Source: Thermosphaera sp.
GTDB lineage: Archaea > Thermoproteota > Thermoprotei_A > Sulfolobales > Desulfurococcaceae
DNA: 64,000 nt
Assembly: GCA_038827615.1 (NCBI GenBank)
Contig: JAWBNK010000001.1
Span: 122,290 to 186,289 of the forward strand
Reading direction: 5' to 3'
The notes under the pieces were generated by a model. It was not told the origin of the DNA and did no database searches. It saw only the letters and a list, made by a program, of their open reading frames with translations. A program made the position numbers and the translations under genes. Shown piece after piece: positions 34,843-45,219 of this stretch. How positions within the stretch are numbered: the stretch's first letter is position 1; the number at the start of each line of letters is the position of its first letter.

Positions 34843-35053
34843 GGATCTAATGATAATTAACAAAACCATCGTACATCGTTTAACGATCACACTTCACTGA
34901 TGTTTTATATCGCGAAAATCGGAATAGAGACGTTTTATTTTATTCTATCAAATATCGATGGCCGTAGAGGATTAAGCGACACTTAATACCGATCTTGCAA
35001 TTTTCTGTGAATTGGTTTACAGGTCTATGAGAATCTATCATAATCGTTACTGA

Positions 35054-35830
35054 TCATTGGTCACCAGTTTCCACCATGTAATGTAGTTTGAAGCCCCTAA
35101 TGGTCCTCTCCGCTCTTAATATTCTTACTCTGCCGATCTCTCTGGTATTTGCTACGTGTGTCCCGGTGCACGGGATCGCGTTGACTCCCTCGACCTCGAC
35201 TATCCTGTACTTGCTTGTCTTGGGAAGCCTCTGAATGTTCGGGGCATTGTAGGTCCTGGACGCCAGTTCGCTCGGGCTCACCCAATACCACTTCACCCTC
35301 CTGGCCTCGCGAACGATCCTTGAGGCTTCATCAGCGATCTCCTCGAGGAGCTTGTCGCCCGGCGGCGGGGCCTCGTACTCTATGTAGGCCTCGGGGGGCC
35401 CGTGGTGTGCGTCGAGGGTGTTGACGACTCTCCCATAGGCTTTCGAGACAGCGTAGTCTAGGACGTGTCCCGCGGTGTGGAGCCTCATGACTAAGTGCCT
35501 TGTCTCCCAGTCCAAGAGGAGCTTGACGAGAGATCCCTTGACCGGGGGACTGCCCTGCAAGACCCTCCCGTAGTGCGCGAGGACGCCTTTAACCATCAGC
35601 ACCTTCTCAACCTTGAACGAGAAGCCTTGGTCGATGACGAACCCTGTGTCGCTCGGCTGCCCCCCGCTCCTCGGGTGGAAAATGGATTTATCGGAGACCA
35701 GGTAACACCTCCCGGGCTTGTCGCAGGATGAGTCGAGGAGAGTCGCCGCAGCCTCCCTCAAATAAGGGTCTTCGAGGTACAGTAGCACTGTCTCCCCAAA
35801 CCCCCTCGCCCACTCGTACAGGTCGACCAC
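35054..35830 (-). CDS. alaX: Alanyl-tRNA editing protein AlaX (AlaX-M type)
   Basis: HTAGHVL and CTGTHV zinc-binding motifs of the tRNA-synthetase second additional domain; GTG start at 35830 chosen because upstream ORF-track codons overlap the permease gene. Confidence 0.8.
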   Translation of the reverse strand: MVDLYEWARGFGETVLLYLEDPYLREAAATLLDSSCDKPGRCYLVSDKSIFHPRSGGQPSDTGFVIDQGFSFKVEKVLMVKGVLAHYGRVLQGSPPVKGSLVKLLLDWETRHLVMRLHTAGHVLDYAVSKAYGRVVNTLDAHHGPPEAYIEYEAPPPGDKLLEEIADEASRIVREARRVKWYWVSPSELASRTYNAPNIQRLPKTSKYRIVEVEGVNAIPCTGTHVANTREIGRVRILRAERTIRGFKLHYMVETGDQ

Positions 35831-35837
35831 GGCGGGC

Positions 35838-37388
35838 TCACCTGGAGAGGTTGGCGCGCTTAAACACGAACCAGCCGATGATGAAGGGGACGAGTATCCA
35901 CGCAGCCCCGGCGAGCACCACCAGGTATGGGTCAACAACAGCGACCTCGGTGAACCCCTCGAGCTGAAGCCCCTTGTACACGAAGTACGTTGCAAACGAG
36001 ACCATGCCCAACGGGTTGAAGTAGCTCACTGTGTACTGGAGCTCGCTGAGCCTCGAGGCTAGTCCAGGCCCGAACCCGTATGCAAAGATGGCTATAATTG
36101 CCACGAGAACGTTGAGGATCATCGTGAAGAACAAGTAGGCAAATATTGAAACAGCCAAATACCTGCCCCCGCTCAGGAACGTCGACAGCATGTAGCAGAG
36201 GCTGTAGAACGCTATGAGAGACCCGGTTAAACCCAGGAAAACGGTTAAAGCATCGCCGAGCTCCATCGTATAACCGATCAGTAGGAGGCTGGCAGCGTTA
36301 ACCGAGGCCATGAACACGGCTGAGGAAGCAGTAGCCGTCAACACGCCTGCCGCAAACCTCGTCGCGTACACATCCCATCTCGACACTGGGCGCGCTATGA
36401 GAAACTCTAGGGCGCCGATGCCCTTCGGCTTAGCTATCAACGCGTAAACCAGGTAGAGCACGACAATGGGGAAGAAGCTTGAAAACAAGCCCAGTCCAGC
36501 CGACCCGACCAACTGGCTCGTCAAAGCCCTCTGAACCCTCCCAGCATAAGCCCTCGCAACAGGGTAGCCCTCGCTGAAGTAGAGCGTGCCATCGCCACCT
36601 TCCAGCGCAACATACGCGATCCTGGCTTCGCTGGCGGAGACATTGCCGGCTCTAACTCTAAAGATGTTGACGCCGCTTGAGACTGAACCCGCTAAAACGT
36701 AGCCTTCAAACCCCGGAGCAACGTTAGGCGATAAGGCGTAGTACAGTTTGAAACCGTCTCCAGGCAGGTCGAGAATGGCGATAATGACGAACTCGTCGTT
36801 AACCCTGTAAACCATCGTCGACGATGCAATCACTTTAGAATAATCCTCGGATGAGAGGAAGGAGCAGACCGGGCACCAGTACTGGATTCGAGAATCCTTC
36901 CCGGGATTAACGAACGCGCCTCCCTGAGACCTCGACCCCACTGGGCTAGAAGCCGTGAAAACTAGATAGGGGAACATGCCTGATTCGCCGAGTAGTTGTT
37001 TGAGAACAGCCGACTCATTCTCGTCCAGAATAATAGTAGCGTTGAGGAAGCCCCTCGCCTCGTAGGAAGCATTCTTCAACGACACGGCGCCGCTTGCAGG
37101 ATCGGTTAAGCCGGTTTTGTTCACTAGTTTAAGCTCTACATCGATCCTAGCGTTAACGGGCCTCAGCTCGGCGTCGACCACGTAGGCGAAAAGCCTGAGC
37201 CTACCGGATTCAACATCGAGTATTCCAAGGGCCTGGGGGCTGATGTACTGCATGCTGACGCTGAGGGTAGCCGAGACCAGGTAGGATAAGCCCACGCCCA
37301 CTAGTATGAAGGCGAGCAGGGCGATAAGAGTGGCAGGCCTTACAAACGCTCTCCTAAAATCGTAGAGAACTGGGTTCACTTCAACCAC
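35838..37388 (-). CDS. ABC-2-type transporter permease with a large extracytoplasmic domain
   Basis: N-terminal TM, about 250-aa soluble segment, then 5 C-terminal TMs; 8-nt overlap with the upstream ATPase gene. Confidence 0.65.
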   Translation of the reverse strand: MVEVNPVLYDFRRAFVRPATLIALLAFILVGVGLSYLVSATLSVSMQYISPQALGILDVESGRLRLFAYVVDAELRPVNARIDVELKLVNKTGLTDPASGAVSLKNASYEARGFLNATIILDENESAVLKQLLGESGMFPYLVFTASSPVGSRSQGGAFVNPGKDSRIQYWCPVCSFLSSEDYSKVIASSTMVYRVNDEFVIIAILDLPGDGFKLYYALSPNVAPGFEGYVLAGSVSSGVNIFRVRAGNVSASEARIAYVALEGGDGTLYFSEGYPVARAYAGRVQRALTSQLVGSAGLGLFSSFFPIVVLYLVYALIAKPKGIGALEFLIARPVSRWDVYATRFAAGVLTATASSAVFMASVNAASLLLIGYTMELGDALTVFLGLTGSLIAFYSLCYMLSTFLSGGRYLAVSIFAYLFFTMILNVLVAIIAIFAYGFGPGLASRLSELQYTVSYFNPLGMVSFATYFVYKGLQLEGFTEVAVVDPYLVVLAGAAWILVPFIIGWFVFKRANLSR

Positions 37389-38298
37389 CTCTCTCCTTTA
37401 TCAAGCTGAAGAAGAACTCCTCCAGGCTCCTCTCCTGGTGCTTAACCTCGAGAACGTTGAAACCCTGGGAGACCAGGGCCTTAACTATGTCGCTGGAAGT
37501 CGCACGGGGGTTTGAAACTATGAAGTAGTCGTTCTCAACTCTCACCTCCCCGAAACCCTCGAGAACGCTTATCGCGCCGCTGTCAGACCTGTCGAGCTTG
37601 ACGATTATGGAGGGTTTCGCCTGGTTCACTATCTCGCTCATCCTGTACACCCCGATAATCCTCCCCTTGTGGATGAAGACCACTCTGTCCGCAACATCCT
37701 GCACTTCGCTGAGAATGTGAGAGGAAAACAGTACCGCCTTCCCCTTGGCCTTGAACTTAACGGCCATTTCTCTGAAGAAAACGATCCCCTGCGGGTCGAG
37801 GCCGTTTAAAACCTCGTCAAATATGAAGTTTGGCGGGTCGTTCAACATGGATACGGCAAGGGCGAACCTCTTCTTCATTCCCTGGGAGAAAGCGCCGAGC
37901 TTCAAGCTCAGAGAATCCCCCAGCCCCAGGGTTTCGAGAATCTCCCTGCCCAATCTCCTGGCCTCGCCGGCTGGGATTCCATAGTATCCTGCAAGGTAGA
38001 CGAAGTAGTCTAGGGCTTTAAAATCAGTCTCAAATATGGGGAGCTCAGGCACCCACCCGACTCTCCCGGACGCCTTCTTCTTCTCCCTCGCTACCGAGTA
38101 CCCATCGATCAAGACATCGCCCGAGTCAGCTGGCAAGACGCCTACTGCGATCCTGATAGTGGTTGTTTTCCCGGCGCCGTTCAAGCCCACGTATCCAACG
38201 ATTTCTCCATTATCAACTCTAAAGGATACATTGTCTAAGGCCCTGAGCCTTCCAAAGGATTTTGAAACATTGATGACCTCGATCAAATCAAGCACCAC
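37381..38298 (-). CDS. ABC transporter ATP-binding protein
   Basis: Walker A GLNGAGKTT, signature FSQGMKKR, Walker B FIFDEVLNGLD. Confidence 0.9.
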   Translation of the reverse strand: MVLDLIEVINVSKSFGRLRALDNVSFRVDNGEIVGYVGLNGAGKTTTIRIAVGVLPADSGDVLIDGYSVAREKKKASGRVGWVPELPIFETDFKALDYFVYLAGYYGIPAGEARRLGREILETLGLGDSLSLKLGAFSQGMKKRFALAVSMLNDPPNFIFDEVLNGLDPQGIVFFREMAVKFKAKGKAVLFSSHILSEVQDVADRVVFIHKGRIIGVYRMSEIVNQAKPSIIVKLDRSDSGAISVLEGFGEVRVENDYFIVSNPRATSSDIVKALVSQGFNVLEVKHQERSLEEFFFSLIKERGG

Positions 38299-38469
38299 GT
38301 GTTTTCACGGAGGATTATCGCTTGTAAATCTAATAAAGCTTCCACGAGCGTTTGCGCCCGCTGAGGCATGTGGAAAAACCACGTTCGGTGAGGATATATG
38401 AAGTCCGGAGCTAACATATTTATTTGGTCGTGAAAGTTTAATGAATCCTTAAGAGATAATAATACATAC

Positions 38470-39345
38470 ATGTATAGCGGGATGAGTATGTTAGAGTATA
38501 TAGCGCCTGTCGCGGCATCGCTGACGTGGAGCCTCAACCCCGCCATCATATCCAAGTACAGGAGACACATCAAGCCCATACTATTCACGGGCTTCAGGGC
38601 GCTGGCCGCGATAATATTCCTATTCCCCATTGCAGTCTTCACCGGCCTAACCATCCCCGATGCAGCAGGACTATCCCTTCTAATCATCATGGCTTCAGCC
38701 GTGCTCGGACCCGGAGTCGGCGATGCATCCTACACTAAGGCCATACAAGTAATCGGGGGATCGCTCGCTGTGGTTTTAAGCTACACATATATCTTCGTCT
38801 CTCAGTTCATAGCGGCGGCATTCCTTCACGAGCCATTGAAACCATCGGTCCTCATTGGTAGCCTCCTAGCCTTCGCGGGAATAATCGTAGCATCCGTAAA
38901 CGGTGGTGGCGTGAGAGTCTCGGCTAAGGGGATCGGCTACGCTCTGCTCGCCTCTCTCTCATGGGGCGTTGCCACCGTCATGATCAAGGTGGCCCTATTC
39001 TACGCTGATGTGTTTACACTAACGGTCATGAGGCTAGGGTTCACAGCAGTATTCTTCATACCTGCAGGATTGATCGTGGAGGGCGGGCCGAGTAAGATGG
39101 ATTCGAAGCCTATGGCTAAAGCAGCGTTGATCACAGGGGTGTTGGGCTGGAGCATCGGAATGCTCCTCTTCATATACTCGATAGGGATGATAGGTGTTTC
39201 AGCAACAGCTGTGGCGACAGCGCTGACCCCTGTATTATCCCAGTTAACTGTTAAAGCATTATCAAGGGAGAAACCGGCCCTGAAAACCATAATCGGCGCC
39301 CTACTGATCTCCACGGGGATAGCGTCATCTCTCCTTTTAAATTGA
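38470..39345 (+). CDS. EamA/DMT-family transporter (10 TM)
   Basis: Two EamA-like halves; entirely hydrophobic. Confidence 0.7.
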   Translation: MYSGMSMLEYIAPVAASLTWSLNPAIISKYRRHIKPILFTGFRALAAIIFLFPIAVFTGLTIPDAAGLSLLIIMASAVLGPGVGDASYTKAIQVIGGSLAVVLSYTYIFVSQFIAAAFLHEPLKPSVLIGSLLAFAGIIVASVNGGGVRVSAKGIGYALLASLSWGVATVMIKVALFYADVFTLTVMRLGFTAVFFIPAGLIVEGGPSKMDSKPMAKAALITGVLGWSIGMLLFIYSIGMIGVSATAVATALTPVLSQLTVKALSREKPALKTIIGALLISTGIASSLLLN

Positions 39346-39410
39346 TGAAAGGATTTAAATTATCGTAAAATCGTTAAATCCTCATGATAAGCAAACGGTG
39401 ATGATGCGGC

Positions 39411-39908
39411 TTGAAATACCCATTGGACAGGATCTGCGTGAAAAGCGGCATACTATGCCCAAGTTGCCAGCGAAAAGTGGAGATAGGAGTAGTGAGCGCG
39501 GATGAGATAAGAGTGATGAAGGCTCTGATGGATCTTGAAGACAAGCATAAAATCTTGAGAAAAGGCGAGTATGTGAAGTCCTTTACGCTCGGGGATCAAC
39601 TGATCCTAATCGTTCGCAACGGGATGGAGCAGCAAGAGCTCGACGAAGCCTCCAAGCATCTATCAAAGGAGCTCGACGTTAAGGTTAAGCCAATAATTGA
39701 AACAGGAGACCAGAGGAAGCTGATAGAGCAGTTGATAAGCCCTGCATCACTCCATGGAGTCAACCAGGTCTGGCTACCCGATGGGACGGAGATGGTGAAC
39801 GTCAGGGTCCCCCGGAGAGACAGGAGGTATTTAGAGAGAAACAGGGAGGTCTATGAAGAGCTCATAACGAGGCTGACCGGTAAGAAGGCTAGAATTGTTT
39901 TTGAATAA
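39411..39908 (+). CDS. NusA-like KH-domain protein with an N-terminal Zn knuckle
   Basis: CPSCQRK near the N-terminus; LIEQLISPASLHGVNQVWLPDGTEMVNVRV...LTGKKARIVF resembles the NusA KH pattern; TTG start. Confidence 0.5.
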   Translation: MKYPLDRICVKSGILCPSCQRKVEIGVVSADEIRVMKALMDLEDKHKILRKGEYVKSFTLGDQLILIVRNGMEQQELDEASKHLSKELDVKVKPIIETGDQRKLIEQLISPASLHGVNQVWLPDGTEMVNVRVPRRDRRYLERNREVYEELITRLTGKKARIVFE

Positions 39909-39915
39909 TCAAAAG

Positions 39916-41004
39916 TTATTTTAAAATCAGGTTCTCCTTGAACAACTCCCTCAACACGATGCTAGCGTATAGTCCAGGGTTTAGTGTGAAGCGGATTCTC
40001 AAAACACCCTGATCCACACTCACCCCGATCCCGCTCGGCCTGAATAGGCCCTCTCTCCACCAGCACCCGAGCTCTCCCACGTTAAACCCTGTCAAACCCT
40101 CTGTCTTCAATATCTCGTAGTAAAGGGCTCCTGCTCCCTTGCATCCTGGAGTCGGCAATACCCTATTCAAGCATGCCCAGCCGCACTCATCTATGATCTT
40201 ATTGAGCAACAAGTTGAACAAGTAGCTCGAGTATGCTTCGATGAGGATGTGGGAAAGGGATTCATCAACCATGCTCATACCTGTTGAAGCAGGTGATTTA
40301 GCGTACAATCTCTCGTAGAATAATCTACGGGGGAAACGGCCAGCGAGCCTCGAGGAGATAGTCTCAGGTTTCTCCCAGGGATAAAAATCCCTTAAAAGAG
40401 TCCTGCTGAACAAGTCCTCCCTCCTCGTTAAAAAGTATTTGCCGAGCAGGTGGGTAACCGGTCTCTCCACCCCGAATCTCTGGTAGCCGTAGTAAGATGG
40501 TAGCCCTAGGGCTTCAATCAGCCCTAGGATCATGCCCGCTCTCCCAACATCGCTCTCCCTCGCTCCCTCGACGAGGATCGTGAAAGAATTACCTATCAGA
40601 AACCTTCTCGACGGCTTGAACCTCGTGTAGCCGATCAGCGATGCTTTGAAGCGGTCGCCGGGCAACTCTGAGCGGCTCTCGGTCAGCAACAGCCTCTTGA
40701 CGAAAAAGTATTGAGTACTAGTGGACTCCTTATCCTTCAACCCTAGATGGATTAGGTTGGACTCGGGTATTCCGAGCTCTCCCGCGATGATCCTCTTAAC
40801 ATGGAGGGTATCCATCGACCTCTTAGTGATTTTCAAGACGGCATACTCTCCCCTGTCCCTGGAAAGCCCTAGGCTCTGGAAATCGACGATCTCCTCCACG
40901 ATGAAGGTATCGGGAGTCATCTTGAACTCAGCGTCGAGCTTTAAATGAGTTAAAACATGCTTCAACCCTACAGCGTAGTCGATAGGGTGTGGATAGAAGG
41001 TCAC
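39916..41004 (-). CDS. truD: tRNA pseudouridine synthase TruD/Pus7 family
   Basis: FIVEEI N-terminal motif and catalytic [13 protein letters not shown] (GxKDxxA/S..Q). Confidence 0.85.
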   Translation of the reverse strand: MTFYPHPIDYAVGLKHVLTHLKLDAEFKMTPDTFIVEEIVDFQSLGLSRDRGEYAVLKITKRSMDTLHVKRIIAGELGIPESNLIHLGLKDKESTSTQYFFVKRLLLTESRSELPGDRFKASLIGYTRFKPSRRFLIGNSFTILVEGARESDVGRAGMILGLIEALGLPSYYGYQRFGVERPVTHLLGKYFLTRREDLFSRTLLRDFYPWEKPETISSRLAGRFPRRLFYERLYAKSPASTGMSMVDESLSHILIEAYSSYLFNLLLNKIIDECGWACLNRVLPTPGCKGAGALYYEILKTEGLTGFNVGELGCWWREGLFRPSGIGVSVDQGVLRIRFTLNPGLYASIVLRELFKENLILK

Positions 41005-41384
41005 AGGAGCTTCAACCCACCCGTCAGCTCGTCAACCTTTTCATCCGGGGCCGGACCGATCCCTACAGCCGTCGCCGTCCCGGGCGGTAGCTCGGTTAAG
41101 CCAGCATCCCTGATGAGCGAAGCCGGGAGGCCGCCCCGCAGAGCCTTATCGTAGAGCCTCACCAGCTCCTCCTCCCCGTTCACTTTCACCACTACTTTCT
41201 TCTGACCGCTCCTCACCCACTCCTCAAACCACTCACGCTTGCGCTCGAAGGCTTCGAAGGCAGCAGAAACCGAAGCGTGAGCAACCTGTACGGCGAGCTT
41301 CCCTTTGCTCATTCCCAAGTCAGCTCTGACCGCGATCACCTGTTTCAACGGCAAACCCCACTTTGTTATAAGCAAAACCCGCAT
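41001..41384 (-). CDS. pth2: Peptidyl-tRNA hydrolase, archaeal type (Pth2)
   Basis: [26 protein letters not shown] and [15 protein letters not shown]. Confidence 0.9.
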   Translation of the reverse strand: MRVLLITKWGLPLKQVIAVRADLGMSKGKLAVQVAHASVSAAFEAFERKREWFEEWVRSGQKKVVVKVNGEEELVRLYDKALRGGLPASLIRDAGLTELPPGTATAVGIGPAPDEKVDELTGGLKLL

Positions 41385-41418
41385 ATATTATCCTATAAGA
41401 CCTTATTAGTACCTGGAT

Positions 41419-42066
41419 GTGAAAGAAATGCTTAAGACCCGGGCGATCTCACTCATCCTCGCAGTAACGGTATTAACAGTAGCAGTCCATGCTTGGGCGG
41501 ATCAACCCGTCTTTAAAACTCAGGACTCGTTCAGATACTCTTACGTGGTTGCCTTTTCGAGAAGCAACTTCTCTTGTGTTGTGAGGGCGTTTTTCACAGT
41601 AAAAGTAGTGGACATCGCGCCCCCGCTAGTAGAGTACACTGTGGGAGATTACACCGGGGTCACTCTAACAGGCGAGTGCGGCGAGTTCGGGCTCACCCGC
41701 GAGGCAGTAGAGAAGGGTCTGCGAGAATACACTAGTGTCGACAGACTCGACTTAAACCCCTCTACCGAGTACATCGGCTTCTTCGCGAATCCATTGTATA
41801 CTGGGGAGTTCACGGAACGCTACCCAATACTTGGCGGGGGCGCGAGCATAATGGCCAAGTATGTTAAAGGGGTTTTAACCAGGTATTCTGAGAGGCTTGA
41901 AACCCCCTTATACGAGAGCGCTTTAGAAATCAACCTAGTCTCCTCAAACGTCTACTTCAGCCTGTATCCCAGCTCCTTAGCGATAATGCTGGCAGGTATA
42001 ACCGTAACCCTGGCCGCGATCTTTATTTCAACGGCTCGAGCCCTAGGCGGGTCCAGGGGGCTGTGA
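41419..42066 (+). CDS. Hypothetical secreted/membrane-anchored protein
   Basis: N-terminal signal/TM and a C-terminal TM; no motif recognised. Confidence 0.4.
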   Translation: MKEMLKTRAISLILAVTVLTVAVHAWADQPVFKTQDSFRYSYVVAFSRSNFSCVVRAFFTVKVVDIAPPLVEYTVGDYTGVTLTGECGEFGLTREAVEKGLREYTSVDRLDLNPSTEYIGFFANPLYTGEFTERYPILGGGASIMAKYVKGVLTRYSERLETPLYESALEINLVSSNVYFSLYPSSLAIMLAGITVTLAAIFISTARALGGSRGL

Positions 42067-42119
42067 GACAATATTTTTAATACCTTATTCACGTTTTATG
42101 AGATGAGCGCTTAGAAGCG

Positions 42120-42350
42120 GTGTTTTACATGGCCATGAAGTATAGTCTAGCCCAGCAAACCGGTATTTCGATCGAGGAAGCTGCCTCCCCGCCTGTGTGC
42201 GACAGTTGCCACAGGTTGATGGAGCCTGGAGACTACGGTACGGAGTTCATGTGCCCTAACTGCGGGAAGGTATTGATTAGGAGATGTAAGAGGTGCAGGC
42301 AGCAAGCCGTGGAGTACACATGCCCCAACTGCGGGTTCCGAGGACCTTAA
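42120..42350 (+). CDS. Double Zn-ribbon small protein (the type commonly found upstream of aEF-1beta)
   Basis: CDSC...CPNC...CKRC...CPNC four CxxC pairs. Confidence 0.65.
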   Translation: MFYMAMKYSLAQQTGISIEEAASPPVCDSCHRLMEPGDYGTEFMCPNCGKVLIRRCKRCRQQAVEYTCPNCGFRGP

Positions 42351-42362
42351 GGGGTGGGTTGA

Positions 42363-42635
42363 ATGGCCCGGGTAGCAGTTGTAGTTCGAGTCCTCCCGGA
42401 AAACGTTGAGACACCTTTGAACGAGTTGAAGGCGAGAATCGAGCAGAGCCTGCCACAGGGATACGAGGTTAAAGCAAGCGACGAGGAGCCGATAGCCTTC
42501 GGCTTAAAAGCCCTCCGCCTACTCATAACCATCCCAGAGGAGACCGAGGGCGGCACGGAGCCCTTGGAGAACGCTTTGATGAGCGTGCAAGGGGTAAGCC
42601 AAGTCGAGGTTGAAGCTGTTTACAGGCTCTCCTAA
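42363..42635 (+). CDS. ef1b: Elongation factor aEF-1 beta
   Basis: MARVAVVVRVLPENVE...EEPIAFGLKALRLLI...VSQVEVEAVYRL. Confidence 0.9.
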   Translation: MARVAVVVRVLPENVETPLNELKARIEQSLPQGYEVKASDEEPIAFGLKALRLLITIPEETEGGTEPLENALMSVQGVSQVEVEAVYRLS

Positions 42636-42683
42636 CAATGCTCTCCTATATTAAGGGTTTTTCAATCTCTTCATAATAGGCGG

Positions 42684-44903
42684 TTGAAACTGGTGCTTGA
42701 TTTGTCCAGTAATCGCGTGAGAATACCTTTAAGAGTGCTTGATGCTGACAGGAGGGATCTTCACAGGGGGATAGCGAGGCTCGATCCCGAGGCAATGGAG
42801 AGACATGGAATCATGGAGGGAGACCTCCTCCTCGTCGAGGGAGAATATGAGACAGCCGTTATAGCGGCTTCAAGCAGGGACCAGGACAGGGGTCTCGGAG
42901 TAATAAGGCTGGACCCTATTACGAGGAAGAATGCCGGCGTGAACATCAACGACGTAGTATTCGTGGAGAGAGTTGAGAAGCAGTACGCTCAGATGGTTAA
43001 ACTCGCCCCCACGAACTACTTCGCACCGGTCGAACCAAGCGTCATCGAGGAGGTTAAGAGAAGACTCATAGGCAGACCATTAATGGAGGAGAACGAAGTC
43101 CACGTAGTGTTAATGGAGATGAGCATACCTTTCAGGGTTACAACGCTGAAGCCGAAGGGACCAGTGATCGTCTCCGATGAGACGGAGCTCTATATTTTCG
43201 AGGAACCAGTCGGGGAGGTCCCCAGGATAACGTACGAGGATATCGGCGGACTGGGCAACGTCATCGAGAAGATAAGGGAGATGGTCGAGCTTCCGTTGAA
43301 GTACAGGAAGGTTTTCAGGAGGCTGAACATCGACCCGCCAAAAGGGATCCTGCTATACGGGCCCCCGGGTACGGGTAAAACCCTGCTCGCCAAGGCGCTG
43401 GCTAACGAGGCCAACGCCTACTTCATAGTCATAAACGGGCCGGAAATCATGAGCAAGTACTACGGGGAGTCCGAGCAGAGGCTCAGAGAAATCTTTAAGC
43501 TTGCGAGGAAGAAGGCGAAGAAGAACCCCGCTATAATATTCATAGACGAGCTCGATGCTATAGCCCCTAAAAGGGATGAGGTAATAGGCGAGGTTGAGAG
43601 AAGAGTCGTAGCGCAACTACTAGCCCTCTTGGACGGGCTGGAGAGCAGGGGCAACGTGATAGTCATAGCTGCGACCAACCGGCCCAACGCAGTGGACCCC
43701 GCTCTGAGGAGGCCTGGAAGGTTCGACAGGGAGATAGAGATTCCAATGCCCGATAAGAAGGGCCGCCTGGAGATCCTGCAGATCCATACTAGGAGGCTCG
43801 CTAAATTCGGGATTCTAGGCGAGGATGTCGACCTGGTTAAGCTCGCAGAGATGACTCACGGGTATACTGGAGCCGACCTGGCCGCTCTGGTTAAAGAGGC
43901 TGTGCTCCACTCCCTGAGAAGATACATTCCCCTAGAGAAGCCCAATCCACCGACTCCTGAGGAGGTTTTAGAAAAGGTTAAGGTGACTTTCGAGGACTTC
44001 CTTGTAGCGTACAAGAGCATTGTTCCAAGCGGGCTCCGGGAGATATATGTTGAAGTACCCGAGGTCCACTGGAGTGATGTTGGAGGCTTGAGGGAGGTCA
44101 AACAGGCTTTGAGGGAGAGCGTTGAGTGGCCGCTGAAAACCCCGGAGGTTTATGAGAGATTTGGGATCAAACCTCCCAAGGGCATACTCCTATACGGTCC
44201 CCCAGGATGTGGTAAAACACTGCTCGCGAAAGCAGTGGCGACCGAGAGCGGCGCAAACTTCATTGCTGTTCGAGGAGCCGAGATCATGAGCAAGTGGGTG
44301 GGCGAGTCGGAGCGGGCTGTGAGGGAGATTTTCAGGAAGGCAAGGCTCCACGCGCCCACTGTTGTCTTCTTCGACGAGATAGACGCCATAGCATCGCTCA
44401 GGGGAGCGGAGCTTGACTCAGGCGTTACGGAGAGAGTAGTTACTCAATTGATAACAGAGATGGACGGGATCCAGAAGCTGGAAAACGTAGTAGTGATCGC
44501 GGCGACGAACCGACCCGATCTAATCGATCCAGCACTGCTCAGACCCGGCCGCCTCGAGAAGCTCATATACGTTCCTCCGCCGGACTATGAGGCAAGGCTC
44601 GAGATACTTAGGATCCAGACCCGGAGCATCCCGTTGTCCAGGGATGTTGACCTCGGCGAGATAGCTCGGAGAACGGAGGGTTACAGCGGGGCCGATGTTG
44701 AAGCAGTTGTAAGAGAGGCGGTTATGTCGGCGTTGAGGGAGTCCTTGGACACGAGGGAGTTATCCATGAGGCATTTCAGCAAGGCGTTAGAGATTATTAA
44801 GCCGAGTATTAATGAGAATATGTTGAGATACTACTTGGAGTGGGGGGCTAAGGCGAGGCAACAGCTCCCGAGATCTCACCTCAAGCCCCAGGTCTACTTG
44901 TAG
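42684..44903 (+). CDS. cdc48: CDC48/VCP-like AAA+ ATPase (N domain + D1 + D2)
   Basis: Two Walker A ([16 protein letters not shown]), two Walker B ([16 protein letters not shown]), second region of homology. Confidence 0.95.
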   Translation: MKLVLDLSSNRVRIPLRVLDADRRDLHRGIARLDPEAMERHGIMEGDLLLVEGEYETAVIAASSRDQDRGLGVIRLDPITRKNAGVNINDVVFVERVEKQYAQMVKLAPTNYFAPVEPSVIEEVKRRLIGRPLMEENEVHVVLMEMSIPFRVTTLKPKGPVIVSDETELYIFEEPVGEVPRITYEDIGGLGNVIEKIREMVELPLKYRKVFRRLNIDPPKGILLYGPPGTGKTLLAKALANEANAYFIVINGPEIMSKYYGESEQRLREIFKLARKKAKKNPAIIFIDELDAIAPKRDEVIGEVERRVVAQLLALLDGLESRGNVIVIAATNRPNAVDPALRRPGRFDREIEIPMPDKKGRLEILQIHTRRLAKFGILGEDVDLVKLAEMTHGYTGADLAALVKEAVLHSLRRYIPLEKPNPPTPEEVLEKVKVTFEDFLVAYKSIVPSGLREIYVEVPEVHWSDVGGLREVKQALRESVEWPLKTPEVYERFGIKPPKGILLYGPPGCGKTLLAKAVATESGANFIAVRGAEIMSKWVGESERAVREIFRKARLHAPTVVFFDEIDAIASLRGAELDSGVTERVVTQLITEMDGIQKLENVVVIAATNRPDLIDPALLRPGRLEKLIYVPPPDYEARLEILRIQTRSIPLSRDVDLGEIARRTEGYSGADVEAVVREAVMSALRESLDTRELSMRHFSKALEIIKPSINENMLRYYLEWGAKARQQLPRSHLKPQVYL

Positions 44904-44904
44904 G

Positions 44905-45171
44905 GTGTGTGAAATGAAGTATAGTCCAGGCTACTGGAGGCTGACTCCCCTGTTCAGGATGATACTCGAGATAGTTATCGACCACCCTGAGGGGATCTCG
45001 GAGTCGGATTTAATAGACTCGTTGAAGAAGGAGCATGAAGTCGATGTTAACAAGGCAGAGCTGTATAAGGCTTTGATGAAACTCGAGCTTTCAGGGTACA
45101 TCCAAGTAGAACACGTGGGTAGGGAGTTGGTTGTAAGGCTTTCTCCAGCCTTCCCCGAGCTCTTCAAGTAG
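44905..45171 (+). CDS. Small winged-helix-like protein
   Basis: 88 aa; ISESDLIDSLKKE...LYKALMKLELSGYIQVE resembles a wHTH recognition region. Confidence 0.4.
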   Translation: MCEMKYSPGYWRLTPLFRMILEIVIDHPEGISESDLIDSLKKEHEVDVNKAELYKALMKLELSGYIQVEHVGRELVVRLSPAFPELFK

Positions 45172-45219
45172 ATAGTTTTAAATGGTTTAAACAATTATTT
45201 TAATGATCGTGGGAGAGTC

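Noticed and set aside
34848-34897. C/D-box-like string ATGATAA ... CTGA downstream of the helicase gene
   Set aside because: The internal D'/C' boxes are unrecognisable and the second guide would be only 7 nt. It does not fit the 12-nt guide geometry.
29850-35053. Integrated provirus or plasmid at tRNA-Val
   Set aside because: There is no integrase, no virus or plasmid hallmark genes and no direct repeat of the tRNA 3' end that I could see. Only the compositional-mosaic observation is retained.
35831-35995. 55-codon Ser/Pro/Arg-rich N-terminal extension of AlaX
   Set aside because: It overlaps the 3' end of the ABC permease gene in another frame. The GTG at 35830, 8 nt after the permease stop, gives a normal AlaX N-terminus.
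38283-38690. 135-aa minus ORF spanning the ABC-ATPase/EamA intergenic region
   Set aside because: It is antisense to the N-terminus of the EamA transporter and overlaps the ATPase start. It has no motif, and the composition is typical of a shadow ORF.
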